A stretch of 64,000 nt of DNA from assembly GCA_965197925.1 (NCBI GenBank), contig CBDAOC010000019.1:512001-576000 (forward strand). Direction: 5' to 3'. Below, piece after piece: positions 32,968-42,900 of the stretch (within the stretch, counting starts at the first letter, position 1; each line of letters starts with the position of its first letter). Made by a program: the position numbers and the translations under genes. Source of the DNA: Nitrososphaerales archaeon (GTDB lineage: Archaea; Thermoproteota; Nitrososphaeria; Nitrososphaerales; UBA213). The notes beneath the pieces are model-generated. The model was not told the origin of the DNA. It saw only the letters and a list, made by a program, of their open reading frames with translations, and did no database searches.

Positions 32968-33483
32968 ATGCTCAAAGACCTCGTGAACCCTTCTACGGTA
33001 AATGTCCTAATAGGAAAACTTGAGGATATTATTGTTAAAGCAGTAGGACAACCACTGGGCTTTGCCGTTAATTGGGGCAGACTCTGGTCACTTTGGCCAG
33101 TGCACCTTGAAACAGCCTGTTGTAGCTTGGAGTTTGGTGCTGCGGCTGGTCCAAGGTACGATGTTGAAAGATTTGGAATTATAGAAGCGTTTGGTTCTCT
33201 TAGGCAATGCGACCTGATTGTCGTACAGGGAACGGTAACCAGAAAGATGGCTCCTAGACTTAGGATGGTGTATGACCAAATGCCAGATCCAAAATATGTT
33301 ATAGCAATGGGCGCATGTGCAATCACGGGTGGATTGTATTTCGACTCGTACAATGTACTGCCTGGAATTGATGGTATAATACCTGTTGATGTTTACGTGC
33401 CAGGGTGTCCGCCAAGACCGGAAACGCTGATACAAGGAACCATGTTGTTGCAGGAAAAGATAAAGAGATCAGGGTTCAAGTAA
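32968..33483 (+). CDS. nuoB: Complex I subunit B
   Basis: Motifs ACCSLE, MGACA and VPGCPPRPE. Confidence 0.96.
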   Translation: MLKDLVNPSTVNVLIGKLEDIIVKAVGQPLGFAVNWGRLWSLWPVHLETACCSLEFGAAAGPRYDVERFGIIEAFGSLRQCDLIVVQGTVTRKMAPRLRMVYDQMPDPKYVIAMGACAITGGLYFDSYNVLPGIDGIIPVDVYVPGCPPRPETLIQGTMLLQEKIKRSGFK

Positions 33484-33485
33484 AT

Positions 33486-34064
33486 ATGACTTTTTTAGGC
33501 AGTGGACCTGTACAGGGGAATCAACCCAAAGAGACCGAGTCTAAAACGGAAGAACGAGAAAATAAAGTACAGCAAAAGGAACCTACAGTAGAGATTGCGC
33601 CACTAGAGAAGGACATTGTTGATAGGATCACTACACGATTTGGTGATAAAGTAGATCTTGTATATTCTAAACCTAAGAGAATAAAGTTCAACATCAAGGC
33701 AGAAGATGCGGTTGACTTTGGTAGATTTTTATGCGATGAAATTAAATTTGATCAACCTATATCGGTTGCAGGAACGGATTATCCAAAGGAGAATGTAATA
33801 GTAGTAATCTATCACATAGGCTGTTGCACCGTTACAGAATACAAGGCAATTGTATTCGCCTTTGCAGTAAAACTGCCGAGAGACAATCCAAAAATGCCTA
33901 CCCTGATGCCTGTTTATAGGGGCGTGGAATATCATGAGCGGGAGACTTTTGAGATGCTTGGGGTAATATTTGAGGGTCATCCAAAACTTCAAAGATTATT
34001 ACTTCCTGAGGATTGGGCTGACATTCCCCCTCTGAGAAAGGACTTTTACATAAAGGGAAGGTGA
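33486..34064 (+). CDS. nuoC: Complex I subunit C
   Basis: Motif ERETFEMLGVIFEGHP...PPLRKDF. Confidence 0.93.
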   Translation: MTFLGSGPVQGNQPKETESKTEERENKVQQKEPTVEIAPLEKDIVDRITTRFGDKVDLVYSKPKRIKFNIKAEDAVDFGRFLCDEIKFDQPISVAGTDYPKENVIVVIYHIGCCTVTEYKAIVFAFAVKLPRDNPKMPTLMPVYRGVEYHERETFEMLGVIFEGHPKLQRLLLPEDWADIPPLRKDFYIKGR

Positions 34065-34068
34065 TTTG

Positions 34069-35196
34069 ATGGAACTGCCAAAAGGGATGCAGATTGAGGA
34101 ATCTGATGAGGGTAGAAAACTTACACTTAGTGTAGGACCTCAACACCCAGGTTCAGGTCACTTTAGACTTGTTGTTCAAGTGGATGGTGATATCATTGTA
34201 CAAGCTGATCCAGATCCAGGTTACGTACACAGGGGAGAGGAGAAGATGTGTGAATACAGGAATTGGATACAGAATATTCCGCATCTGGAAAGACCTATGA
34301 TAGCAGATTCCTGCAACATACTTTATCCGTTCTGCCTTGCATGTGAAGAAATTGCAGGTATAGAGGTTCCGGAGAGGGCAAAATACATCAGGGTTATTAT
34401 GGCCGAGATCAACAGATGCATCTTCGAGCTCTACTGGTTAGGCATATACGGTATCTTTCTTGGCCATTCAACAATGTTCATGTGGCCTATGGGAGACAGG
34501 GAATTGTTGATTGATCTTGCAGAAATGGCGACAGGGGCTAGGGTAACACACGCATATTTTGTTCCTGGCGGCGTAAGGAATGACCTTCCTGATTCATTCA
34601 ATGAAAGAGCAATAAGACAATTGGATTACTTTAAGCATAGGCTGGATCAGTATAAAGACATACTGTATACGAACCCGCTCTTCCTCGCTAGAACTGAAGG
34701 TGTGGGAGTATTATCTACAAAAGATGCAATCAACCTGGGGGTTACTGGTCCTGTGCTGAGAGCTTCTGGAGTAGAACATGACATACGTAAAGTAGAGCCA
34801 TATGATGTTTATGACCAGTTGGATTTTAAAGTTCACACAATGAAGAGTGGAGATTCCTTTGCACGTGCTTATGTCCCTTACATGGAAATGTATGAGAGTA
34901 TCAATATCATAAAACAATGCCTTGAAAAGATGCCTTCTGGTCCTGTAAGAACAAAACTTGCTCCCAATCCAAGGGGACCAGCAGGTGAGTCGTTCAAACG
35001 AGTGGAAGCAGGTAGAGGAGAACTGGCATACTATATGATCAGTGATGGTACACCGAAGCCTTATCGAATCAAAATGAGCGTGCCATCTTTTAGGCAGATA
35101 CCAGCCATGCCTCACCTTCTCAAGGACGCAAAATTCGCAGACATGCCCGCAATATACTGGAGTCTGAATTATTGGCCAGTGGAGGCTGATCGCTAG
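34069..35196 (+). CDS. nuoD: Complex I subunit D
   Basis: Motifs GPQHPG, GYVHRGEEK and EAGRGE; C-terminal EADR. Confidence 0.96.
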   Translation: MELPKGMQIEESDEGRKLTLSVGPQHPGSGHFRLVVQVDGDIIVQADPDPGYVHRGEEKMCEYRNWIQNIPHLERPMIADSCNILYPFCLACEEIAGIEVPERAKYIRVIMAEINRCIFELYWLGIYGIFLGHSTMFMWPMGDRELLIDLAEMATGARVTHAYFVPGGVRNDLPDSFNERAIRQLDYFKHRLDQYKDILYTNPLFLARTEGVGVLSTKDAINLGVTGPVLRASGVEHDIRKVEPYDVYDQLDFKVHTMKSGDSFARAYVPYMEMYESINIIKQCLEKMPSGPVRTKLAPNPRGPAGESFKRVEAGRGELAYYMISDGTPKPYRIKMSVPSFRQIPAMPHLLKDAKFADMPAIYWSLNYWPVEADR

Positions 35197-36476
35197 TGGC
35201 ATCTGTCACACAATTCAGTTTTACTGAATTTGTAAAAAGTCTGCTAAGGCTGAGCTTTTGGATCTTAATGATCTTTACCCTGATAATCCTTCCATTGATC
35301 TTCATCATGCTCTTCTTTGTTCCTGCTCCGGAGATTGAGGGTGTGGAAATTACCCCTTACTTACTCTTGAGCATGATGGTTAATCCGGATATAGGCATGC
35401 CCTTGATAAGGGCAACAATGGAGACCACTTTATTCAGAGTGGCAGTTTTTCCAGGGTTCACATTCGCTACACTTTTTGCGACTGTCATAATCTTCTTTGA
35501 ACGCAAGTTTCTTGCAAAGATGCAGTTGAGGGTTGGTCCTTACTATGCAGGTAGCGAAATACTTTGGTGGGCCCGCTCACTGGGGGGATTTCTACAGATG
35601 TTTGCTGATCTCCTGAAACTTTTATCGAAAGAGATTATCATACCTTCGGCCGCCGATAAACCCATCTTCTGGGCAGCTCCTGTTGTTCTAGTTGTTGCTT
35701 CAGCAGGATTGATATCTGTCATACCTGCTGCACCGGGTTGGGTAATCGCGGATATAGATGTAGGACTGTTGGTAGTATTCGCTATCTTGGGCATCTTCCC
35801 CCTAACAGCACTTCTTGCATCTTGGGCAAGCAACAGCAAATACCCCTTCATTGGTGGCTTGCGTGCATTACACCAGATGATCTCATATGAAATTCCTCTG
35901 TTACTTTCTGCACTTGGAGTTGTCATTCTGTCCGGCGCGCTGAATCTTTCTAATATTGTCCTAGCCCAGCAGCAGCAGTATTGGTACATTTTCTTGCTAC
36001 CAATAGGTGCATTTGTGTTCTTCATAACAGCACTTGCGGAACTTGAAAGAGTGCCCTTTGATCTGCCGGAGGCTGAAAGCGAGATAGTTGCAGGTTGGCT
36101 AACCGAATACAGCGGAATGTCTTACGGACTAATACAATTAGCTTCTTATATTAAATTATACGCACTTGCAGCAATATTCGTAACGCTATTTTTGGGTGGA
36201 TGGATGGGTCCAACAGTTGCTGCAGATCTTATCATAAGGGATCATCTTATATTAACGGCCGAGGAGGGCAGCGGCATCTTCTGGTTCATACTGAAAACAT
36301 TCGGTGTTACTGTGCTTCTAATATTGCCAAGGGGAATAAGCCCTAGGATTAGGATTGATATCCTTCTAAGAACGGGCTGGGCAAAATTAATTGCAATTGC
36401 CTTCATTAACATCTTTATAGCTCTTGCCCTCCTATATGCGGGAGTTGTGCATCCCACAGGAATTGTTGGAATATGA
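35196..36476 (+). CDS. nuoH: Complex I subunit H
   Basis: Motifs ERKFLAKMQLRVGP and PFDLPEAESE. Confidence 0.96.
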   Translation: MASVTQFSFTEFVKSLLRLSFWILMIFTLIILPLIFIMLFFVPAPEIEGVEITPYLLLSMMVNPDIGMPLIRATMETTLFRVAVFPGFTFATLFATVIIFFERKFLAKMQLRVGPYYAGSEILWWARSLGGFLQMFADLLKLLSKEIIIPSAADKPIFWAAPVVLVVASAGLISVIPAAPGWVIADIDVGLLVVFAILGIFPLTALLASWASNSKYPFIGGLRALHQMISYEIPLLLSALGVVILSGALNLSNIVLAQQQQYWYIFLLPIGAFVFFITALAELERVPFDLPEAESEIVAGWLTEYSGMSYGLIQLASYIKLYALAAIFVTLFLGGWMGPTVAADLIIRDHLILTAEEGSGIFWFILKTFGVTVLLILPRGISPRIRIDILLRTGWAKLIAIAFINIFIALALLYAGVVHPTGIVGI

Positions 36477-36970
36477 GCGGAGTAAAAGGAATCTTCAAGG
36501 CACTTGAGTCTGGAACAAAACATCTAGTGATCAGAAGATTCACACTGCGATACCCTGAGCAGAAGCTGAAATTCGTTGGGGATGGATACCAATTCGACCC
36601 GAAGGAAGGAGTGGGAATAGCTGGATACAAGGGCAGGCATATTCTCTATCATGACAAGTGTACTGGTTGCCAGCTTTGTGCGATAGCTTGTGAGGGCATT
36701 GCCGAGGCGATTGGTATGGTGAAGATCGACAAGCAATGGAAGCACAACAAGAAGAGTATAATGCCACAAATAGATTATGGCAAATGTGTCTTCTGTGGAC
36801 TCTGTGTCGATGCATGTCCATTCTACGCATTGTTCATGACAGATGATTATGAACTGGCGGCTTACACAAAGGAGCACCTGATTTATACACCAGATCAGCT
36901 AGCTGTGAAAGTAGATTATGATGGAAACGTTGAAATAAAGATTGGCGATCACGGTGCAATACATGGCTGA
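36473..36970 (+). CDS. nuoI: Complex I subunit I
   Basis: Two CxxCxxCxxxC motifs. Confidence 0.95.
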   Translation: MSGVKGIFKALESGTKHLVIRRFTLRYPEQKLKFVGDGYQFDPKEGVGIAGYKGRHILYHDKCTGCQLCAIACEGIAEAIGMVKIDKQWKHNKKSIMPQIDYGKCVFCGLCVDACPFYALFMTDDYELAAYTKEHLIYTPDQLAVKVDYDGNVEIKIGDHGAIHG

Positions 36971-37475
36971 TCCAGCCTTTCTTGCTGTCGCCGTTGTAAC
37001 TGTGGCTTCTGCTATTATCGCTCTGGAGTTCAAAGAGATCATTTATGGAGCAATTGCTTTGGCAATATCTTTGCTCGGTATTGCAGCATTTTTCATTTTG
37101 CTTGATGCAACATTTGTAGCAATGTTTCAGGTGGCAGTTTACGTTGGTGCTATAGTTGTTCTGGTTATCTTTACCATAATGCTTGTTAGGAGAGAGGCAT
37201 GGATGGCAGTACCAGAAGGTCGGCGGAAGACGATGGGTCTTATAGTTATGTTCACAATTATGTTTGGTTTGGGCACGATATTCATTGTATCAGGGCTAAC
37301 TAAGGTGGCTGTGCCAGAAACCACTGTGACCTTCACGCAAATAGGTGAACAAATGCTAACTTATTACTCGCCGGCACTAATTGCCATGGCGCTTACTCTT
37401 GCAGGTGCGATAATAGGTGCACTGACTCTGGCTAAGTTAGAGATTGGGGGTAACAGAAATGGCAGAAATAATTGA
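36963..37475 (+). CDS. nuoJ: Complex I subunit J
   Basis: QVAVYVGAIVVL; hydrophobic. Confidence 0.93.
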   Translation: MADPAFLAVAVVTVASAIIALEFKEIIYGAIALAISLLGIAAFFILLDATFVAMFQVAVYVGAIVVLVIFTIMLVRREAWMAVPEGRRKTMGLIVMFTIMFGLGTIFIVSGLTKVAVPETTVTFTQIGEQMLTYYSPALIAMALTLAGAIIGALTLAKLEIGGNRNGRNN

Positions 37476-37767
37476 TTATGTTATTCTGTCGTCCGTTCTA
37501 CTTGCAATAGGAATTTACGGTCTCACAGTAAAGCGAAATGCAATACGAATGTTATTTTCCATCGAAATAATTGTCAATGCAGCAAATCTTAACATTATCG
37601 CATTTTCACGTCATTTGCCTCTTCCCAATGTTACGGGACAGACATTGGTGCTTTTTTCTATTGCCATTGCGGCCGCAGAGGTGGCCGTGGGTCTGGCATT
37701 GGTAATGGTGGCTTACAGACTTCACCGGAACATTGATGTCAAGGATTTCAGGAGCTTGAGGGGTTGA
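37459..37767 (+). CDS. nuoK: Complex I subunit K
   Basis: Motifs SIEIIVNAAN and AAAEVAVGLA. Confidence 0.95.
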   Translation: MAEIIDYVILSSVLLAIGIYGLTVKRNAIRMLFSIEIIVNAANLNIIAFSRHLPLPNVTGQTLVLFSIAIAAAEVAVGLALVMVAYRLHRNIDVKDFRSLRG

Positions 37768-39308
37768 TGGGGTATTATCTCCTTCAGGCGGTATTTTTAC
37801 CCTTGTTGCTGGCTCCACTTGCCTATTACTTAGGTAGGAGGTATGGTGTAGGTCCGGCCACCTGGTTAACTTTTGGTGTTATGCTTTATTCTACCGCAAT
37901 GCTGATTATTCCTTTCTCAACGGGACATTACGCGGAATTTTATCCCTGGAGCCAACTAGGACAATTTGGACTTGTAATGGACGGATTGTCCAGTCCCTTT
38001 GCTCTGATAATATACATTCTATCAACTGTACTTGTTCTTTACTCAAGGCCCTACATGATCCATAAGATAACTGAAGAGTACCATCAGCACTTGCATAATG
38101 TGAGCGGTCCACCGATAAAGTTGGAAACGGAGCAGGTTCCAAAGCAGATCATAAACCACAACGTCGGCATCTACTACGCATTATATCTTGTATTTGCGAT
38201 GGGTATGCTCGGAACGGTGTTGGCATCTAACTTGGTTCAGTTTTACGTTTTCTTTGAATTAATGCTGATCCCTTCATTCTTCCTTGTAGCATTCTTCGGC
38301 TACGGTGCAAAAAAGCGCATCGCATTGATGTTCTTCTTCTGGACCCATGTTGGTGCCGTGGTTCTACTCTTGGCATTGATCGCTCTAGGTCTTTCTGCTG
38401 GGAGCTTTGACATGGCGGATATAATTGAAGCATCGATTGCACAGGATCTTTTACCATGGATAGCAATTGGCATAATAGTTGGATTGTCTGTCAAACTTGC
38501 CATATTCTTGGTGCATATATGGCTTCCTTATGCACATGCAGAAGCACCAACACCAATCAGTGCATTACTTTCACCCGCCATGATCGGAATAGGTGGATAT
38601 GCTTTGATGCGCCTTTTGATGGTGCTGATGCCGAATATGTATCAGGAAACATCATTCTATCTTAGCATCTGGGCGTTCATAACGATGGCTTATGGAGGAG
38701 CTATGGCATTGGTGCAGGACGACGTCAAGCGGTTTTTGGCATATTCTAGCATAAGCCAGATGGGATACTTCCTATTTGGCTTTGCCTCTCTAAACGCAAT
38801 AGGGGTGACTGGCTCTGTGATGCTTTACATCAGCCACGGAACGGGGAAGGCATTGCTCTTCATGATGGCAGGAATGTTGATACTACAGGTAGGAACAAAA
38901 AGTTTCTCTAAGTTAGGAGGACTGGCTGGGAAGTTACCAATTACAGCTGTAACCGCAATGATAGGTGGTCTTGCGATTATGGGTATACCCCCAACAAATG
39001 GCTTCATGGCTGAATGGATGCTGTTCTATGGTGCCTTACAGACTGGTATTGTGGAAAATTCTATGTCCAGAATTATACTCTTCGGCCTTGCCATATCCAC
39101 TACCATTTTGACAGCAGGTTACATATTGTGGATGTTCAAGCGTATCTTCTTTGGTAGATTGCCAGAGGGATTAGAAAAAGTAAAGGAAGGATCTATGTAT
39201 ATGACAGTCCCCATGATGGCGTTGGCCATTATGACGATAGTAATTGGAATCTACCCTGAGATATTTACAAGTATGATAGTTCCATTTATGCAGAGCATTT
39301 TAGGGTGA
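37767..39308 (+). CDS. nuoM: Complex I subunit M
   Basis: Motifs FFELMLIP, HIWLPYAHAEAPT and LAYSSISQMG. Confidence 0.94.
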   Translation: MGYYLLQAVFLPLLLAPLAYYLGRRYGVGPATWLTFGVMLYSTAMLIIPFSTGHYAEFYPWSQLGQFGLVMDGLSSPFALIIYILSTVLVLYSRPYMIHKITEEYHQHLHNVSGPPIKLETEQVPKQIINHNVGIYYALYLVFAMGMLGTVLASNLVQFYVFFELMLIPSFFLVAFFGYGAKKRIALMFFFWTHVGAVVLLLALIALGLSAGSFDMADIIEASIAQDLLPWIAIGIIVGLSVKLAIFLVHIWLPYAHAEAPTPISALLSPAMIGIGGYALMRLLMVLMPNMYQETSFYLSIWAFITMAYGGAMALVQDDVKRFLAYSSISQMGYFLFGFASLNAIGVTGSVMLYISHGTGKALLFMMAGMLILQVGTKSFSKLGGLAGKLPITAVTAMIGGLAIMGIPPTNGFMAEWMLFYGALQTGIVENSMSRIILFGLAISTTILTAGYILWMFKRIFFGRLPEGLEKVKEGSMYMTVPMMALAIMTIVIGIYPEIFTSMIVPFMQSILG

Positions 39309-39314
39309 TAGATA

Positions 39315-41402
39315 ATGGGGCTTGGTGAAATACTTAACTTTGCTATACAGGCTGGTGGGGAGACTATTGCACCAGTAATTGGAAGCTTTGATCACCTCGG
39401 AAATGTTGTATGGTTGATCTGGATCTTACCAATGATAGGGGCTCTACTTACTCCTTTGTTTGCAAAGACTGGCAGTCGATTATTGAATCTTGGCCCTGTA
39501 GGATTCTGCTTTGTAAGTGCAATTTTAGCCGCCACACTTATCCCTGTGGCACTCGGGGGAGGTGAGGTACATAGTCAGTATCCATGGATCAGCAGTATCG
39601 GGATCAATGCAGGAGTTCTTGCTGATACTTTAAGCATAATCATGGCGAACTTGGTAGCTTGGATCTCATTTCTCATTATGGTTTACAGTATAGGTTACAT
39701 GAAAGGCGATCCAGATCTGCTCAGATATTGGTTCTTTATGAGTTTCTTCATCGGCAGCATGCAGTTATTAGTTTTGTCAGATAATTTGCTGATGCTCTTC
39801 TTCGGTTGGGAAGGTGTGGGTTTGGCTTCTTACGCATTGATAGGCTTTTGGTACAAGGATCGTAGAAAAGATCATGTTGGTAGGATTGGCCATTATGCGA
39901 TCGGAGTTGCACAGTACACTTCACCTTCACATGCAGGAATGAAAGCATTCCTAATGACGAAGGTTGGTGATGTCATGATGTTGGCAGGAATATTTATGAT
40001 ATTTGCATATGCGGGAACATTCGAGTACAAACTGCTATTGAATGATACAACATGGGCAGAGACTATGGTATCACAAGGATTGCTTGTACCTGCTGCTGTA
40101 CTGCTCTTTGGCGGTGCTGTCGGAAAATCGGCCCAGTTCCCATTGCATGAATGGTTACTTGAAGCAATGACCGGTCCAACAGCAGTTTCTGCGCTCATAC
40201 ACGCAGCAACAATGGTCAAGGCAGGTGTATATTTTGTGGCGAGAATTGGTCCTCTTTTCTTTGCAGTAGCTGCTTTCGCTTCAAGCCAATTCTTCGAAAT
40301 AGTAGCATGGGTAGGCATCATAACAGCATTTTTGCTTGCATCGCAGGCTATGGTTAACAAGGAGATAAAGAAAGTACTGGCTTATTCTACGGGCTCTCAG
40401 ATAGGATATATGATGCTTGCACTTGGTATTGCAGGTTTATCGGCCCAATTCGTTGAGGGATACACCGCAGGTCTATTCCATCTTGCTAGCCATGCAATGT
40501 TCAAGGCATCTCTTTTCATGGCAGCCGGTGGTTTGTTACACGTCGCCCACAGCCGATTTTTGGATGATATGGGTGGTCTGAGGAAGAACATGCGTAAAAC
40601 CTACATTGCTATGATGGCAGCTGCATTATCACTTGCAGGTGCTCCGATAATAACAAGCGGTTTCTGGAGCAAGGACGCAATCTTTGGGGCGCTTTTAGAT
40701 TCCCATTATGCTTTTGCAGATATACTGTATTGGTTAGCGATCCTGATCGCGGCCATGACGGCATTCTATACAATGAGAATGGTAGGTATGGCATTGTTTG
40801 GGGCAAAGAGTGAACATCTTAGCAACGTTGAACTTGGAGGTCACAAATTAAAAGAAGTTGGTGCCGTTATGTGGGTACCATTTGGGATACTTGCTGGTTT
40901 GACCATAGCGATAGGTATAGCTGGCCCAATTGTAGAGGAGAATATGCATCAAATGATTTCAATATTCCTAACGAATTCCTATGGTATAGAATCTCATGCT
41001 TCTGTTAACTTTAACCTCACGGCCGTGGCATCATCTGTGTTAGCATTCGGTTTCGGCGCAGGTCTGGGATATATCTTCTACATAGCCAGAAAGGTAAGTC
41101 CTGCTATCATCCATTCAAACACGGTGAGTTATAGCATATACAGATTCTTGGAAAATAGATGGTATGTGAACAGCATCATCTACTGGGCCTTCGTATACAT
41201 TCCATTATTAATTTCCAGAGGATTATGGCGTTACTTTGAAAGTGTGATCATAGAAGGTATAAATCCATCTTTCCAGTTCGCCATGACCTGGTGGTCCAAA
41301 GTGGTGAGGTTCATGCAAACCGGTGTGACACAGACATACATCTATGTATTTGCGGTAGGCTTGTTATTTTTGCTTATACTCTTGTTCATACAGGTGAGAT
41401 AA
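39315..41402 (+). CDS. nuoL: Complex I subunit L
   Basis: Motifs GWEGVG and GKSAQFPLHEWL.EAMTGPTAVSALIHAATMV. Confidence 0.95.
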   Translation: MGLGEILNFAIQAGGETIAPVIGSFDHLGNVVWLIWILPMIGALLTPLFAKTGSRLLNLGPVGFCFVSAILAATLIPVALGGGEVHSQYPWISSIGINAGVLADTLSIIMANLVAWISFLIMVYSIGYMKGDPDLLRYWFFMSFFIGSMQLLVLSDNLLMLFFGWEGVGLASYALIGFWYKDRRKDHVGRIGHYAIGVAQYTSPSHAGMKAFLMTKVGDVMMLAGIFMIFAYAGTFEYKLLLNDTTWAETMVSQGLLVPAAVLLFGGAVGKSAQFPLHEWLLEAMTGPTAVSALIHAATMVKAGVYFVARIGPLFFAVAAFASSQFFEIVAWVGIITAFLLASQAMVNKEIKKVLAYSTGSQIGYMMLALGIAGLSAQFVEGYTAGLFHLASHAMFKASLFMAAGGLLHVAHSRFLDDMGGLRKNMRKTYIAMMAAALSLAGAPIITSGFWSKDAIFGALLDSHYAFADILYWLAILIAAMTAFYTMRMVGMALFGAKSEHLSNVELGGHKLKEVGAVMWVPFGILAGLTIAIGIAGPIVEENMHQMISIFLTNSYGIESHASVNFNLTAVASSVLAFGFGAGLGYIFYIARKVSPAIIHSNTVSYSIYRFLENRWYVNSIIYWAFVYIPLLISRGLWRYFESVIIEGINPSFQFAMTWWSKVVRFMQTGVTQTYIYVFAVGLLFLLILLFIQVR

Positions 41403-41405
41403 CAA

Positions 41406-42896
41406 TTGGTTGACATTTTATCCACCCCGTTCCTCATTACAATAATTCTTGGTACGGTAGGACTTGTAATACCCATCATAGATGCAATACGTAAAGAGCG
41501 TGGTGCGGATCATCGATTGTATGGAAGCATAGCTTTTGGTGCTCTAATCCTATCTATCTTCATAATAATTTTCAGGATCTCTACAGGTGAACAGATACCA
41601 ACCATTTCGTTTGTTAACACTGCGGTGCTTACAGAAGATCTATTTGGCTCATTCTTTGCAATCGTGATGTTGATAGTGGCGGTATTGACAACCGTTTCCT
41701 CAATTGATTATATGAGGAAAACACCCAATCCAGCTCCCTACTACTCGCTATTACTTCTGTCCAGTATTGGGATGGTGTTACTGGCTTATTCTACCGATCT
41801 GGTGATGTTGATAGTAGCATGGGAACTGATGAGCATCCCTACATATGTGCTTGTAGGGTTTCACAAAAGAGATCCTGCTTCCAATGAGGCTGCGATAAAG
41901 TACTTCCTCTTTGGTGCATTATCGACTGGTATTATTATCTATGGCATATCACTGGCATATGGCCTTACAGGTTCTACTAATATCGCAGTCGTATTGCAGC
42001 AGCTTCCGTTCGATGGTGATTTCAGACCTATCGCATTAATGACACTTGCTATGTTCATAGCAGGTTTCGGGTTTAAGCTCGCGTTGGTACCGTTTCACAT
42101 GTGGCTGCCTGATACATATGAAGGAGGGCCTACGACCATTAGTGCTTTCCTTGCAGCAGGCACCAAGAAGGCGGGATTTGCAGCAATATTTAGGGTGGTG
42201 ATCTTTGGTATGGTTGCACTAAACCTAGAATGGAGCTTGTTACTGGGAATACTAGCAATCTTTACAATGGTAATAGGAAACTTGGCAGCATTAACTCAGA
42301 AGAGCATAACGAGGATGCTTGCATATTCAAGCATAGCTCATGCTGGCTACATGTTGATTGGTTTGAGCATGGCGCCTTTTTCAACACTTGCAATGCAAGG
42401 CTCACTTTTCCACATACTTAATCATGCCATTATGAAATCTGCGGCCTTTATAGCTGCTGCAGCCGTTATAATTACAATTGGAACAACAAACATTGATAGC
42501 TATAAGGGACTCGGTAAGAGGATGCCTATAACGGCATTGGTGATGTCGGTATCACTTCTTGCACTTGCTGGTGTGCCTCCATTAAATGGTTTCTGGAGCA
42601 AGTTCATTCTTTTCTCATCTTCCATAGATGCTGCTTCATCTGTGAGCTGGGCTCCCGCTCTTGCGATAGCAGGTATACTTGCAAGCGCACTATCATTGGG
42701 ATATTATGCATGGGTAATTAGAAAGATGTACTTTGAAGAATCTACAACTGCCGAAATAAAGAGGGTGAAAGAACCGAGGATAATACTTGCAGTATTAATA
42801 TTCACATTAGTATTCATGGTGGGTTTTGGAATATATCCAGCTCCGTTGATAGAATTTTCATCCATATCTATACCCCCTATAGCTGTAGTGCCATAA
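41406..42896 (+). CDS. nuoN: Complex I subunit N
   Basis: Motifs EAAIKYF, FKLALVPFHMWLPDTYEG and RMLAYSSIAHAG. Confidence 0.95.
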   Translation: MVDILSTPFLITIILGTVGLVIPIIDAIRKERGADHRLYGSIAFGALILSIFIIIFRISTGEQIPTISFVNTAVLTEDLFGSFFAIVMLIVAVLTTVSSIDYMRKTPNPAPYYSLLLLSSIGMVLLAYSTDLVMLIVAWELMSIPTYVLVGFHKRDPASNEAAIKYFLFGALSTGIIIYGISLAYGLTGSTNIAVVLQQLPFDGDFRPIALMTLAMFIAGFGFKLALVPFHMWLPDTYEGGPTTISAFLAAGTKKAGFAAIFRVVIFGMVALNLEWSLLLGILAIFTMVIGNLAALTQKSITRMLAYSSIAHAGYMLIGLSMAPFSTLAMQGSLFHILNHAIMKSAAFIAAAAVIITIGTTNIDSYKGLGKRMPITALVMSVSLLALAGVPPLNGFWSKFILFSSSIDAASSVSWAPALAIAGILASALSLGYYAWVIRKMYFEESTTAEIKRVKEPRIILAVLIFTLVFMVGFGIYPAPLIEFSSISIPPIAVVP

Positions 42897-42900
42897 TGAA

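Noticed and set aside
32931..42421. Many antisense and alternate-frame ORFs across the nuo, car, tld and znu genes
   Set aside because: They are shadows of well-supported genes and carry no motifs of their own.
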